DNA of 64,000 bases, from assembly GCA_013239625.1 (NCBI GenBank), contig MU054187.1, positions 8,218,358 through 8,282,357 on the forward strand, given 5' to 3'. Below, one piece after another: positions 1 to 12,500 of this stretch. Origin of the DNA: Lama guanicoe (Eukaryota). The translations under genes were made by a program, and so were the position numbers. Under the pieces are notes generated by a model. That model was not told where the DNA came from, did no database searches, and saw nothing but the letters and a program-made list of their open reading frames with translations. Each line of letters opens with the position of its first letter. Position 1 is the first letter of the stretch.

Positions 1-331
1 AAGAGAACCAACTAAAAGAGCTTCTCCAATTTCCAAGAGATGCCGCCCAAGAGGAAGTGCTTGAATCAATATTTGTCATTCAAATTCGGATGTAATTTGG
101 TTTTTAACTTCTCTTCATCGTATATTTGTACAAGGGTAACATTCTGTAACTGAAACACTCGTCCGAACTTCCTCTGGCTATTTAGAAACCATGGAAACAT
201 TCACTTCTATAGGACAAGCTAATACAATAAAAGCAACTAATTACTGATACTTTTAAGAATTAAACACAAAAATAATTGTACCCTCATTTACGCCCACTCC
301 TTAATACTTGTTGACCGCAAAAATAAAAGCC

Positions 332-453
332 TATAATGAAAAAGAATATGAAAACAAATACATATGTATATGTATGACTGAAACATTACACTGTATACCA
401 GAAATTGACACAACACTGTAAACTGACTGTACTTCAATTAAAAAAAGAAAAAC
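332..453 (+). mobile_element. Severely 5'-truncated LINE-1 3' end (ungulate/camelid type) with A-rich tail
   Basis: 'tataatgaaaaagaatatgaaaa...gaaattgacacaacactgtaaactgactgtacttcaattaaaaaaa' is a typical L1 3'-UTR terminus. It is flanked by near-identical aaataaaagcc (321-331) and aaacaaaagcc (454-464), a probable TSD. Confidence 0.75.
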
Positions 454-717
454 AAACAAAAGCCCTAATCACAGACATCAGATTAGAAAAAATAGGCTTT
501 AACACACCCAGTATTTTTTATCCAGTATTTAGATTAAGCTGTCACTGCAATTTCCATCAGCCACCATTAAGTAACTGGTACAATCTGGTACAAGTATGGC
601 TGAGTAGGAATTTAAAACATAGTGCTTTAAGACAGAATAAAATTGGAATGTCAAGAAATTGGAATTGATTAGAAGATCAGGAGTTAAAAAGTGCAGGGAA
701 AATATTTACACCGAAGA

Positions 718-773
718 ACAAATACCCAGGAAAGTAAAAACAGAACAAAACAAAACAAAACAAAACAAAAAAA
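718..773 (+). repeat. (CAAAA)n-type A-rich simple repeat
   Basis: 'aacaaaacaaaacaaaacaaaacaaaaaaa' is directly visible. Confidence 0.7.
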
Positions 774-2284
774 CAGTTTTGAAAGCAGACGATACTACTA
801 AGGCAAAAGGGATGAAATGGAAAGAAATTAAGACTTTGAGATACATTAAGCAAGAACTAAGAGGAGATAAGACTTCAGTTCTGTTCTTAATAGTTCAGTA
901 GAAGACACTTATGTAGAAAATTCTTAAGGAGCTACTAGGCGTTATTTAAAAGAGTGTTCCTTCACAGGAATGTGTTGCAATGTTGACTGCATTGTGTTAA
1001 AGACAGTTTAAAAAATTGGAAATAAAACTAACAAAATATTACTTTATTCTTCAACTCTTCTCCTATGGATTGAAAGGCAGAATTGTGTTTTTCCTTTTCT
1101 AGTTGTAGGTCAAACTTTTAAAATCAAAATAATAGAATTACTATAATATAGCATATGTTGGGCAAAATATCTTCCTTTTGTCAATTTGTTTAAATACAGA
1201 AATACGTGAAAAAGAGACTCGGTTTAGCCAGTTGTTTCTTACTGGTTTCAGCATTCTTAGCAGGAGTCATGATATATTCAGACAGACAGGATACTTAACT
1301 GGGACCTTCTCAGGGGTTCCCAATAGATGATGTTAATGTGAGAAGTGAGTCCCAGGTCGATGTGCTCAACACTCAGAACCTTGGCCAAGGTCAATTCAAA
1401 GGCTATGACGTTTGGGCTGCTATGGAAACGTCAAGTGGAAAAAGATGTTCTTTTGCTCAGAGCTATGTAGCATCAATTTTTCAGATCAGAGGAATGTATC
1501 CCTTCTCTGGAGGTCTTGGCCTGACTTGACTCTCTCAGTTTCCAGGACTGGGCTGCAGTAGTTGTTCATTTTAATTGCTCGGACAAGATCAGATAATCAA
1601 ATAGAGACTGGCTGTAAGCACTTCATGAATACCTTCTTCAGTAAATGATTTTCACAAACTGGATATACTTAAAGGGATTCAGATTCTGGGACAGGGTTAT
1701 TTTCTACTTAATTTTTCAGTTCAGAAAGCACAAATAAAAGCTAGTAATGATGAATACCTGAATTAGAGATCACGGTTAACACTTAAAGCACAGCTGTGGA
1801 AAAATGAGAAACAACTTTAGCTGTGACCTGGACCCATCTCTCCTGCTATTACCGTTTTACTATCAGCTAATTGACATGGTACAACCCCACAGTACAAGAG
1901 AATTATTAATAAACACTTTAAAAATTGACTGGTTCTTTCGGGCTATTCTCCACACTTCTGCTGTTGTTACTGTAATAACTTTCTGCAGTAACTAACATCT
2001 CCTAAATCCACCGTCCTTTTGATGAAAAGTTTTGCTACATTATCTTCCCACTTCTCTCTCTCTGTTTCCACTTATCCGAATTGAATAATGGGACCCCACA
2101 CAGTAAGTTTTTAGACCAATAACATTGAACACATCCTTCATTCATGGACTCACGACCCAAATTTACACCACAAAATCAGATTTACAAAAGAACTTGAATT
2201 AATTTTCACTTTAACCTCCCCTTCTTGTCATGGTAAACACGCAGACTCTCCTAGATTATCCAGTGATAAAAGCACATTTGTTCC

Positions 2285-2400
2285 TTCATTTCATCACTGT
2301 GTGACGCTTCCTTGCTGCCAGGCCCTGTCCTACGTGTTGAGTGTTAAGCGGTGAATGAAACAAATGGGATCTATCTTTATGGAGTTTACAGTCTTATCCA
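2285..2400 (-). mobile_element. L2 LINE 3' fragment
   Basis: 'tgccaggccctgtcctacgtgttgagtg...gtgaatgaaacaaat...tttatggagtttacagtct' resembles the antisense L2 3' end. Confidence 0.5.
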
Positions 2401-3602
2401 GAAGCTTTGGCCAACACTAACTTTTCTACTCCCATAAACTAACTTACTTTCTACGATTTCAGTCCTTGTATTTTTAAGTCCTTCTATTTCAACAATTATC
2501 GTTTTCTTCATGATAAAAGCAGATTTGTATTTTACTTTTCTGGGATAAATAAGACCAGTCCATTTACATTTTTGTGGTAGACCTGCTTTCCCCTGCCATC
2601 GGCAAAAACGAACACCTTTACGAGCCCGTTTCCACTTTGGAGGTCAACTGAGCAAAGTGTTGGTATAAGCGCCCGTGGTGTTGATGACAAACTCTTGACC
2701 CCCATCTCACTTGTGGTTTACTGCTCATACATGACTTTTGTGTTTACTAATTATATTCATTTTCAGTTTGTCACGGATTTGGACTTGCCATGAAATTTTT
2801 GCTGTATATGTGTTTGTCCAAACTCCGTAATTTGGCCCTTATTCCTTACTTATGCATGTTTCTAATAAGCTGTAGCTTAGTTCCCGTTCATTTTTTTCCT
2901 TTTTCTGTTTGTTTGCTTGTTTGTTTTTTTTCATTTTAATGAGCTATTTCATCAATCATCAAGATTCTTTTCAATTTATATGCTGTTTTACTACAGGGCT
3001 TACAAATGTATCTAACCAAATCTAATTTAGTTATTAAACTGGTCGTCATAATTAGACCTACTTCTTCATGACCTCATTATTTCAAATGTTTAAAATAAAC
3101 ATCAGATCAACTAATCATTCACGAATCTGTTCCGAAGTACTGCCACAGATAGAATTTTGAAACTCTTCCTTAATCCACGTCATTAGCTGTGACGTTTTTA
3201 GATTTATAGTCCTGAGGAAAATGGTTATGATCATCTCTCCAGTTAATTTCTTATGACTGTTGGCTACCACCTTGACCAAGCCTTTGAAAGTGGACAGACG
3301 TTTGTCAGATTTTTGAAAACAGTAATAGGCATCATGTGTACCAAAGAGTCAAAGATCTCTCTCTATAAGTTCCGACTACTCAGTGCATCAAAAAGTCTGA
3401 GGGCAGAAACTCTCCAGCTTTGGGATGTAAACGGCATAGCATGGTACACCATGTAAATAGTTTGCTGACATTGGGGTTCAGAGACTGATGTTTTAGGTGA
3501 AACTCTGATTTTTATTGGTCGAGTAATTTGGATTTCTTTCTCTCTTTGGATTTTTATTTTATGTGAACTTGAGCAGTGACTCTCTAAAGTTAAAAAAAAA
3601 AA

Positions 3603-3745
3603 ACCCTGGGAGCTAGTTTAAAAATTTAGGTTTTTAGGTCCCATCCTTGGAGATTCAGTTTCAGCAAGCAGGTCTGAGACACAGTTAAACAAGTACCACA
3701 AATGGTTCTAACTGCAACTGATCTACATTTTGAGAAAATCAGGAC
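3603..3745. mobile_element. MER5-like hAT-Charlie DNA transposon fragment
   Basis: 'cctgggagctagtttaaaaat...ggtcccatccttggagattc...ttaaacaagtaccacaaatggttcta...catttgagaa' resembles MER5A. Confidence 0.55.
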
Positions 3746-3829
3746 CAGTTCTCCAAGCACCTCTGTAGCTCTAAACTGTCTGGCTATGAATTAAAGGAAA
3801 TTAATAATTCTAAGATAGTGAATCTGATC

Positions 3830-4325
3830 ACTAGATATGCAGACCCAGAAAGAATTGATATTTGGGGGAAATCTTGGTTGTGACGTGAAGAATAAGTATG
3901 GCTTCTTCAAGAAGGAAATGCCACGATGGAATGAAAGGTACAATGTCTTTATTATGGAAAATGCCTGTGTCAGAGAAGATGGGGCCAACGGGTCTTATAG
4001 GTTGGGTGAGCACTCAGACTGCAATGTAGGTCTGATCCCCAAGGAAAAAGAGAGGAGGGGAAGGTGGGCTGCAGTGTCTTAGAATAAAATGCAACCTAAG
4101 GAAGGTTTGGCAAAGTTATCAGGAAGTCGTTGGGCCAGCTGGCTGTCGGAGAAGTTCCAGGCCTTCCCAGAACACCCCTGCTCTAGGATCTGTGCCACAG
4201 TTAGAGGCTGAGAGCAGGCTGGTGGCCTCGGAACATAAGGATAGATTTTAGAGCATGGAAGCTGGGTCCCCTGGTTAATTACACTCCCTGTCGTTGGAGA
4301 TTTGTGAGGTGACCTGCCACAGAGA
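3830..4325. mobile_element. Ancient ERVL-class solo LTR (LTR16/LTR33-like)
   Basis: 'ctcagactgcaatgtaggtctgatccc...aaggaaaaagagaggaggggaagg' and downstream motifs recall LTR16-group consensus. Confidence 0.45.
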
Positions 4326-4519
4326 GGCAAGTTGTCACTGATGAAAATAACTGTTAATCAAAAATCATTGTTAATAAAAATCAGTCCATTGTTAGGAAAT
4401 TTAAGAGAGATTTATCTACCATCACTTTCAAGGAGACCCAGATTTGATAAGAACAGGATCAACAATCAAAGATGAGTGTGATTCAAAAGGTATATAGAAT
4501 AATCACCTTACTCCCCAAA

Positions 4520-4870
4520 TGTATTAATTAGAAGGAGGTCAGTTATGCTACGATAATGAACAACTCCCAAATCTCACTAGTCTAAAACAACAAAGGTTGG
4601 CGTCTTGCTCATAATACATGCCCAGCACAGGCTGGGTGAGGGACTCTGTTCATACTGTTGTCCCAAGAAGTCCAGCTGATGGAGGCTTCATTATGAAAGA
4701 CACCATCACTCCAAACACATGACCTTCAACAATGTTTTAGGGAAAGAGGTGGCTAGAGCTTCAAGTACAGACACATGTTTTAAACCAGAAGTTACAGACA
4801 TCACTCCCTTTCGTATTTTATTGGCTAGGACCGGTCACATGGCCATGCAGATAACTGGAATTGTCCATGT
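4520..4870 (-). mobile_element. Old MaLR LTR (MLT1J/K-like)
   Basis: 'aacaactcccaaatctcactagtctaaaacaacaaaggtt...ttgctcat' and 'ttattggctaggaccggtcacatggcc' are MLT1 hallmarks. Confidence 0.6.
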
Positions 4871-7059
4871 ATCTGGAAGTTGAAGATAACAGATATTGGT
4901 GAATAGTAATGCTTACTAAAATAACGTTTCTTGCAAACACTCTCCCTTGTTTATTGTGGCTGGCTACCTCCTCTCTAGGAGCTCTGGAGTTAAGGAATCT
5001 AATGTGGCTGAAATAGAAACTGTGTTCAAATTTATTTTTGCATTTTGAAGGCAGTTTGGTGTGGTAGATAGAGCTTACACAGGGACTCATGTAATCTCTT
5101 AGTATAAAAATAGGCCCTTTCTCTGAACTGGTGTTTGATTTTGCTTATTCATCTCACCTTCTGGGCCCTGATTTTCTCATTTTGGAAATAGAAGGGTGGA
5201 ATTAGATAACTAAGATGTATTCCAGAATTCAATTCATTCTGATCATAACGGCAACCTTAACAACAGTAGAGATTTGATATCATCTACTCTGTGTGCAGCG
5301 AACTGCCAAGGAAAGCTCTGCCTTCTTACTTGACGTGTAGGAAATCAGGAGCATTGCCCTAAGACTGGACAGTGAGGGTCGTCACTCTCTCTCTAGGTCC
5401 TCACGGGCATTCTGCGACTTACGGGCTCCACGGGAGGCCTCGGGGATGCGCCCAGCACTCACGCCTTGCAGCCTCACCCTCCAGATGGGTGACACTGAGA
5501 CACGGCTGTATATGCCCACAACATAACCAACTCACAAAAGCACTCTCGGACGAATTCTCTCTCTCCGTCTGTACCTCCTTCACTGCCCCCACCGCACTCC
5601 ATTCCCTGGCTTTATTCTCAGAATGAATGACCTGCCCACGAAAGCCCTTGCCTCAGTCAGTGCTTCTGACTCTTACTCATGTGCTAACACAGCAGAGTAA
5701 TCTCAGCCAGGTAAGAGCACATAGGATCAAAGGTGGCCGGGACTTAAATGCTTTTAGAGCCAGCCCTGCCCCAGTGCATGACTCCGCTGTCGAGTCGGTT
5801 TCTACTTTTTGAAAGTTAGAAAGAACTCTTCGCAGGAATATCTGGACCTTCTCCAGCTCCAGCGTAGGGGAAGCAAGAAGCAGGTTTTATGAGAATGTGG
5901 AGATTCCAGTACAATCAGCCAGGCTCCTGTTAAGGACTCTTGGAAACTCTAAAAACACTGATTCGGTTTTCCATCTCCAGTTACAGTGGAGGAGAGTGAG
6001 GGGGAAAAAAAGCACTGAAAGGCACCCAGGTTTCTGCTGTTCTGCAATGCAGTTCTGCACTTTTCATGCATTAATTTGATAACCAATAGTTGTGCATCAG
6101 TGAGAAAAAGAATAAAACACCTGCTGAAAAATACAGACTCCAATGTTAGTGAATAGAGGTAGCTCTAAAGCATAAGGTATGTGGACTTCGTGGTGCCTCC
6201 AGACGACGCAGGGTGCTGCGGCTGTGAAGGCTGTGGTCTGCTCTGTCCGCGGTCTCTTGGACCCTCACCCTGAGACGGACGCTGGCTCCGGGCTGCCCCT
6301 GCACCCGTACTTCAGGAGAGGGTACCTGGGCTACACTGACAGCGTCCAGGCTACACTGAGGAATAAGAAAACTGAAGGCGCATTCAGATGTCACCCAAAG
6401 AGCCGTATCTCTCACGAAAGTCTGAGAAAGGGTAGGAAATCCGACACTGACTCCAAGTGCATTAGCCTCCATTTAGATAAATGTGCATGAAACTCAATAA
6501 ATGATTTTTGATCTGTCTGGGGAGACAGTCTTTAACAATGCATTTATTTAACGCAGCGGGAATACGTTCTTAATAAATGAGACTATAAGCAACAGACTGA
6601 AGATTAATTGGATCTTGTTGGAATGGTATATATCCTTCTTTAGCATTTGATTTACACTTCATTATAAAACATGGTACCAATGCTATATAATTTAACACAT
6701 AATAGGATATCTACACATAACAAACTTTTACCATGTGCTTCTAGCTCCAGTAGAAGGTTCTGTCAGCCTTTGTAATAGAGGGCTAGTGCACAATGATTTC
6801 TTACTGAAATAGGTGTATCTTACTTAAAATTTCCATCAATTGCTCAGAGTTAATTAAGACAATAGGTAGTAAGTATCTGAATCCAAAAGGAGCAATGGAT
6901 CCCTCATAAGGCTGCTCAAGGTCTGCTGCAGGTGAGCCAGTCTTCACACTCTCACGTACAACAGCAACAACGAAAGAGCCCCACAGCCAAACACTATTTC
7001 ATCATTTTCTTTTTCTGAGAGTAGTAACTGATCATCCAGAAATAAAGAGGTAGTTAACT

Positions 7060-8255
7060 TTATTTATTCATTTTTAATTAATTTAAATTGAAGTATAGTT
7101 GATGTACAATATTATATAAGTTACAGATATATAATATAGTGATTCACACTTTTTTAAGGTTGTATCCCATTTACAGTTACTATGAAATGTTGGCTCTACC
7201 CCTTGTGTTGTACAATATATCCTCATACTTATTTTATACATAATAAGTTGTACCTCTTAATCTCCTACCCCTACACTGCTCCTCCTCCCTTCCCCCTCCC
7301 CACTGGTAACCACCAGGTTGCTCTCTGTATCTGTGAGTCTGCTGCTTTTTTTCTTATGTTCACTAGTGTGTTGTATTTTTTAGATTCCACATGTAAGTGA
7401 TATCATGTATTATTTGTTTTTCTCAGTTTGACTTATTTCACTTAGCATAATAACCTGTTTTGATGACAGTAGCTTTGCAGTATAGTCTGGAGTCAGGGAG
7501 CCTGGTTTCTCCAGCTCTGTTCTTCTCTCTCAAGATTGTCCTGGCTGTTCGGGGTCTTCTGTGTTTCCATACAAATTTTAAAATTAATTGTTCTAGTTCT
7601 GTGAATAATGCCATTGGCATCTCGATAGGGATTGCAGTGAATCTGCAGACTCCCTTGGGTAGCATTGTCATTGTATCAAACATTAATTCTTCCAGTCCAA
7701 GAACACAATCTATCTTTCCATTTATTTGTGTCATCTTCAATTTTTTTCCTCAGTGTCTTATAGTTTTCAGGATATAGGTTTTTTTGCCTCCTTGGGTAGA
7801 TTTATTCCTAAGTATTTTATTCCTTTTGGTGTGATGGTAAAGGGGACTATTTCCTTAATTTCTCTTTCTGATAGTTCACGGTTAGTGTATAGGAATGCCA
7901 CTGATTTCTGGACATTAATTTTGAATCCTGAAACTTGACCGAATTCATTGAGGAGCTCCAGTAGTTTTCTGGTGGCGTCTTTAGGATTTTCTATGTATAG
8001 TATCATGTCATCTGCAAGCAATGACACCTTTACTTCTTCCTTCCCAGTTTGGATTCATTTTATTTCTTTTTCTTCTTTGATTGCTGTAGCTAGGGCTTCC
8101 AATACTAAGCTAAATAGAAGTGGTGAGAACGGGCATCCTTGTCTTGTTTCTGATCTTGGAGGAAATGCTTTCAGTTAATCACCACTGAGTATGACGTTAG
8201 CTGTGGGTTTGTCATATGTGGCTTTTATTATGTTGAGTTATGTTCCCTCTATACC
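7060..8255 (-). mobile_element. LINE-1 3' arm (3'UTR plus ORF2 RT region, internally deleted)
   Basis: T-rich tail at about 7060-7090 and antisense 3'UTR. Minus-strand ORFs translate to L1 ORF2: '[48 protein letters not shown]' and 'LILKFVWKHRRPRTARTIL...LPDSRLYCKATVIKT'. Confidence 0.95.
7456..8255 (-). pseudogene. Disrupted L1 ORF2p reverse-transcriptase fragment
   Basis: Contains the ADD catalytic motif. It is split across frames (7767-8027, 7438-7740) by frameshifts and stops. Confidence 0.9.
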
Positions 8256-9226
8256 TTAGAAATGTACCACCTCCCAAGGCTGAGCCAAGAAGAAATAGAA
8301 AGTATGGACAGACCAATTACCAGTACTGAAACCGAATCAATAATTTAAAACCTCCCAACAAACAAAAGTCCAGGACCAGATGGCTTCACAGGTGAATTCT
8401 ATCACACATTTAGAGTTAACACCTATTCTTCTCAAACTAGTCCAAAAAATTACAGAGGAAGGAGCAACTTCAGACTCATTCTAGGACACCAGCATCACCC
8501 TGATGCCAAAACCAGACAAAAATATCACCAGAAAAAGGAAAATTCCAGGTCAATATCACTGATAAACATAGATGGAGGGATCCTCAATAAAATACTAGCA
8601 AACTGAGTCCAGCAACGCATTAAAAAGGTTGCACACCATGACCGGATGGGGTTTATTGCAGGGATGCAGGGATTTTTCGATATCTGCAAATCAATCAATG
8701 CACTACACCACGTGAGCCAACTGAAGAATAAAAACCGTATGATCACCTCACTAGATGCAGAAGAAGCTTTTGACAAAATCCAACATCCACTTATGATAAA
8801 AAAAAAAATCTCCAGTAAGCCAGAAAGAGAAAGAAAAATACCATATGAGATCGCTCATATATGGAATCTAAAAAACAAAAACAAACAAACAAACAAACAA
8901 AAACAAAGCGTAAATACAGGACAGAAATAGACTCACAGAGAACACAGACTTGTGGTTGCCAGGGGGGTGGAGGGTGGGAAGGGGTAGACTGGGATTTCAA
9001 AATTGTAGAATAGATAAACAAGATGACACTGTATAGCACAGGGAAACATACACAAAATGTTATGATAACTCACAGAGAAAAAAATGTGACAATGAGTGTG
9101 TATATGTCCATGAATGACTGAAAAATTGTGCTGAACACTGGAATTTGACACAACATTGTAAAATGATCATTAATCAATAAAAAATGTTAAAAAAAAACTC
9201 TCCAGAAAGTGGGCATAGAGGGAACA
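8255..9226 (+). mobile_element. Inverted 5' arm of the same LINE-1 (ORF2 upstream RT region), interrupted by a nested insertion
   Basis: Plus-strand ORF2 sequence: 'aaaagtccaggaccagatggcttcacaggtgaattcta' (KSPGPDGFTGEF) and '[17 protein letters not shown]...[14 protein letters not shown]'. It resumes at 9206-9226 'aaagtgggcatagagggaaca'. Confidence 0.9.
8816..9197 (+). mobile_element. Nested 5'-truncated LINE-1 (ORF2 end plus 3'UTR plus A tail)
   Basis: Starts 'taagccagaaagagaaagaaaaataccatatgagatcgctcatatatggaatct', has a G-rich 3'UTR tract (8961-8993), and ends 'aataaaaaatgttaaaaaaaaa'. TSD aaaaa-tctccag / aaaaa-ctctccag. Confidence 0.9.
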
Positions 9227-9859
9227 CTCCAATTTTGTTGCTTTTCAAAATAATTCTTGCTATTCATTTTCCCACTGCCACTAAGATATGAGAATACAGA
9301 AGAGAATGTGACCCAAATATATTAACACATTTAACTCCATGATACACAGTGGTTAATTCAGTACCTAGGAAGCCAGCCTCCGCGTGACTAACACATGCGT
9401 GTTCTCACGTGTTTCTGCTTTTTGGAATCATCATCTTTTCACGATGCCCAAAAGCGCACAGGGCTGGCGACAACTCACGTAAGCTTGCGGGACACTCCCC
9501 CTTTGAGTTGTCCCAGGCTCTGAACAAGGTGGGTCTGAGCCCATTATCTCTCAGACTGAAAATAATTCATACTAATCACTACTATGTGTTTCACAAGTCA
9601 ATTCATAATGATATAATGCAGTTATCAATAAACCGTGTCCTCTAACAAGTGTAGTTTTTGAACTCTACAAAGTAGCAAAATCCATTAACAGTTTTCAACC
9701 CTGCTGTTTCAGATACTCAGACCTCAGCAGTGCGTCCATCACACAGAGGCTAAAGATGCTAGAAATTCTATAGCTGCCAGGGTTGTCTTAAGTGCTAATT
9801 TGAGTACAGTTCACTTGAGTCCCTCTTAATCACAATAACATTAAACTCCAATTGTCTAG

Positions 9860-10050
9860 CACTTAATAGTTTACACAGCCTTTTCACACATGTGACTTAC
9901 AAGTCTTACACGTGGGCTCGGATGAAAGCACCACTCTCCCTTCATACAAAGCAGGAAACAGACGCGGTAAGAAGCTGAAGGACAGGACAGGAGCAGAGCT
10001 GGAACCGGATCTCATTGTCTCCTGATACAAAATCCACTGCTCTTCCATCC
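9860..10050 (-). mobile_element. MIR SINE
   Basis: 'agtttacacagccttttcacaca...gcaggaaacagacgc...aatccactgctcttccat' is a degenerate MIR core. Confidence 0.55.
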
Positions 10051-12284
10051 CCCTGTACTACGCCAACCTGGACCTTCTCACCGGCTTGCATCCAGGCTGC
10101 ACACGAACCTCTGCTCGCCAACAAACCTCCAGTAGCACGTTCGTAACTGCCCTCGTGTCTCGGCTTTTGTGATTGGGAGGCGAGCTATCACCCTGAGTTC
10201 TGATCAAGTGCTGAATGCTATATTTGATAATGGAAAGTAATCTCCCTAAGAACTTCTCAAACACATAATTGAGTTCCCTTGAAGCACAATTATATTTTAG
10301 AATCCTCTCTGAATATTTCTCCCAAAGGAATATTAATAAGTAGCATAAGAATGCCTTTCAGCCATAGGCACAGATTTTCTTTTAAGAAATCAGTGTTGGG
10401 TTAAGAAATTGAGAAGGAGTGAAAGAGAGACTCAGAAACACGCAGGGAGTAAGCACATGGACTCCATGGTAGAGCCATCAGACAGCAGCAAAATGAATGC
10501 CCAAACTACTGTCTTTCAAGAGTCAGCTTTTTCAGTTCATCGTTGGTAATGCAGCACTCACTCTTAACTCACAGGAAGCTCACAGCTTAGCCCGTCAGTC
10601 ACTAGCCTTTGCTTCAGAGTGCTGCTTTTTCTATAAACAGCGAATAAAAGATTACATATTCTGGGTTCTCTATCCTAAAGGCACATTTGGAGAAGGATAG
10701 CGGGCTTTCTGTGTGTGGGACTTGGTACATTTTTAAACATAGACCAAACAGCACAGAGCCATCCTTCCCACGTGGTTCCAAACCAGCCCCTCCAAAGCCT
10801 CTCCACCAACTTGGGTAGCGGGGGTTTTCTCTGTCTCCCCACGGTGCTTTTCTTCTCTCCTCTCTGCCTGTCTATAATCTACCACCAACACCCTGAACAA
10901 AGTTCATTTCTTCAGGGCTGCGCTTCCCAGACTACACAGCGAACTTTATTTTCAGAACTACAGACTTTAGTTCTAGTACCATGGATTCCGACACTTTGAG
11001 GATGGTGACCGTGTGTCCCTGCAGCGGTGCTCCCACACTTCGCCCGTGGCAGGCACTCGCTGAATTCTTCCAAAGACTGGCAACAAATTCATGGGCATGG
11101 AGAATTCTGTCTCTCTTTCACTTGTGGTTAAGTCTAGAGTGAGAACAAATATCCCAGGATTATCACCACTACCACTATTATTGTTATTTAAAAACAAATA
11201 CGTCAGGATCCTGGAGTGCCATTCAGTGTTCCTGCCAACACGTGGGAAACAATGTCACAAGACACCTGCGTGTGAGTGCAACTTCTCCCATCGCAAAAAC
11301 ATCCATTCACTTTCCAAAGAGGGCGGACGGAGTCCTTGAGAAGGAGGTTCTCACACTACAGCTCAGTCCCTCCCCGCCATGCACTAGCGCTCCCGCCGAG
11401 AAGGAAAGAGGACCATCTGTCTGAAGCATCCAGCACGGTCCCCAGGGTGTAATGAATTCCAAATAAATGCTGATTTCTTGTTCCACTCTCCTTTCTTCCT
11501 GCTTTTCCCTCAGACTCCTTCCCTAGCCCTTCCCTTCATTTTCACAGCTTAGAGTATTCCTCTGCTCTCTGTCCTGACCCCATGTCCCACTCCAAGAGAG
11601 CGATGGTGTGCCCAGGGAGGGGACCGAGCAGGGAGGATTCTGGAAACGCTGCCTAGGAGCTCTGCCAGTGGCTGCTTCACTCACATGCCAGCGCAGTCTG
11701 GGTTTGATAAAAGCACAAAGAATGCTTTACAAAAAGCCTACTGCTGGCAACTGCCACAAGGTTGAGGCTCTCAAGACTTCCACATGAAAAGGAAATAGAG
11801 ATTCTATATTTATCTCCTTCATCTTCCCAATAATGGCATTCAAAACCAAAGAAGCCAGTGTGAAGATATTAAGTTTTGAGTACAGTTAGACACAGAGCTT
11901 CAACAATGATCTAGAAAGGGAAAGAGAGGAAACGCCATTCCCAGGGGCAGAACGAGATAAAAAAGCCTCCGAAAGTGGAGCAGAGATTAAAGCATCTATG
12001 ATGCACAGTGGACAAATGTCCTGACATCCCACAAAAGGAGCAAAATTAAAAGCCTAATGTGGCCTGAGATGTGATTCAAATATGCAGCTGAAGTCAAAAT
12101 CTTCAACAGACTCAGAAAACCATGGACTCTCAAAGTGACTGAATCCATGATTTCGTAGGTGATATTTGTTTCGAGATTATTTGGATGAAATTAGGAAATA
12201 CGGAGTGAAGTCCTCACACTGGGCATGAAGGAAGACTGTACATCGCTCCACCATCACTATTACATCATTACTGAGTGATCCTGG

Positions 12285-12500
12285 AATAACTATTTATGGA
12301 GTGTTAACTGAGTGGCAATAAATTCTTTCAGCACTTTACATATATCCATGCATTTATTTAGAGCAGTAACTCTACAAGGTATATACAGTTATTTTTTCTG
12401 CTTTATTAGTTAGGAAACTGAGGCTGAGAGAGTCTACTTAACTTGTCCAAGGTCACACATTAAGTGAACGTTGGGGCTGGGATTTAAACTCAGGTACCGG
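12285..12500 (-). mobile_element. MIR SINE
   Basis: 'taggaaactgaggctgagagag...aacttgtccaaggtcacaca...ctgggatttaaactcagg'. Confidence 0.8.
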
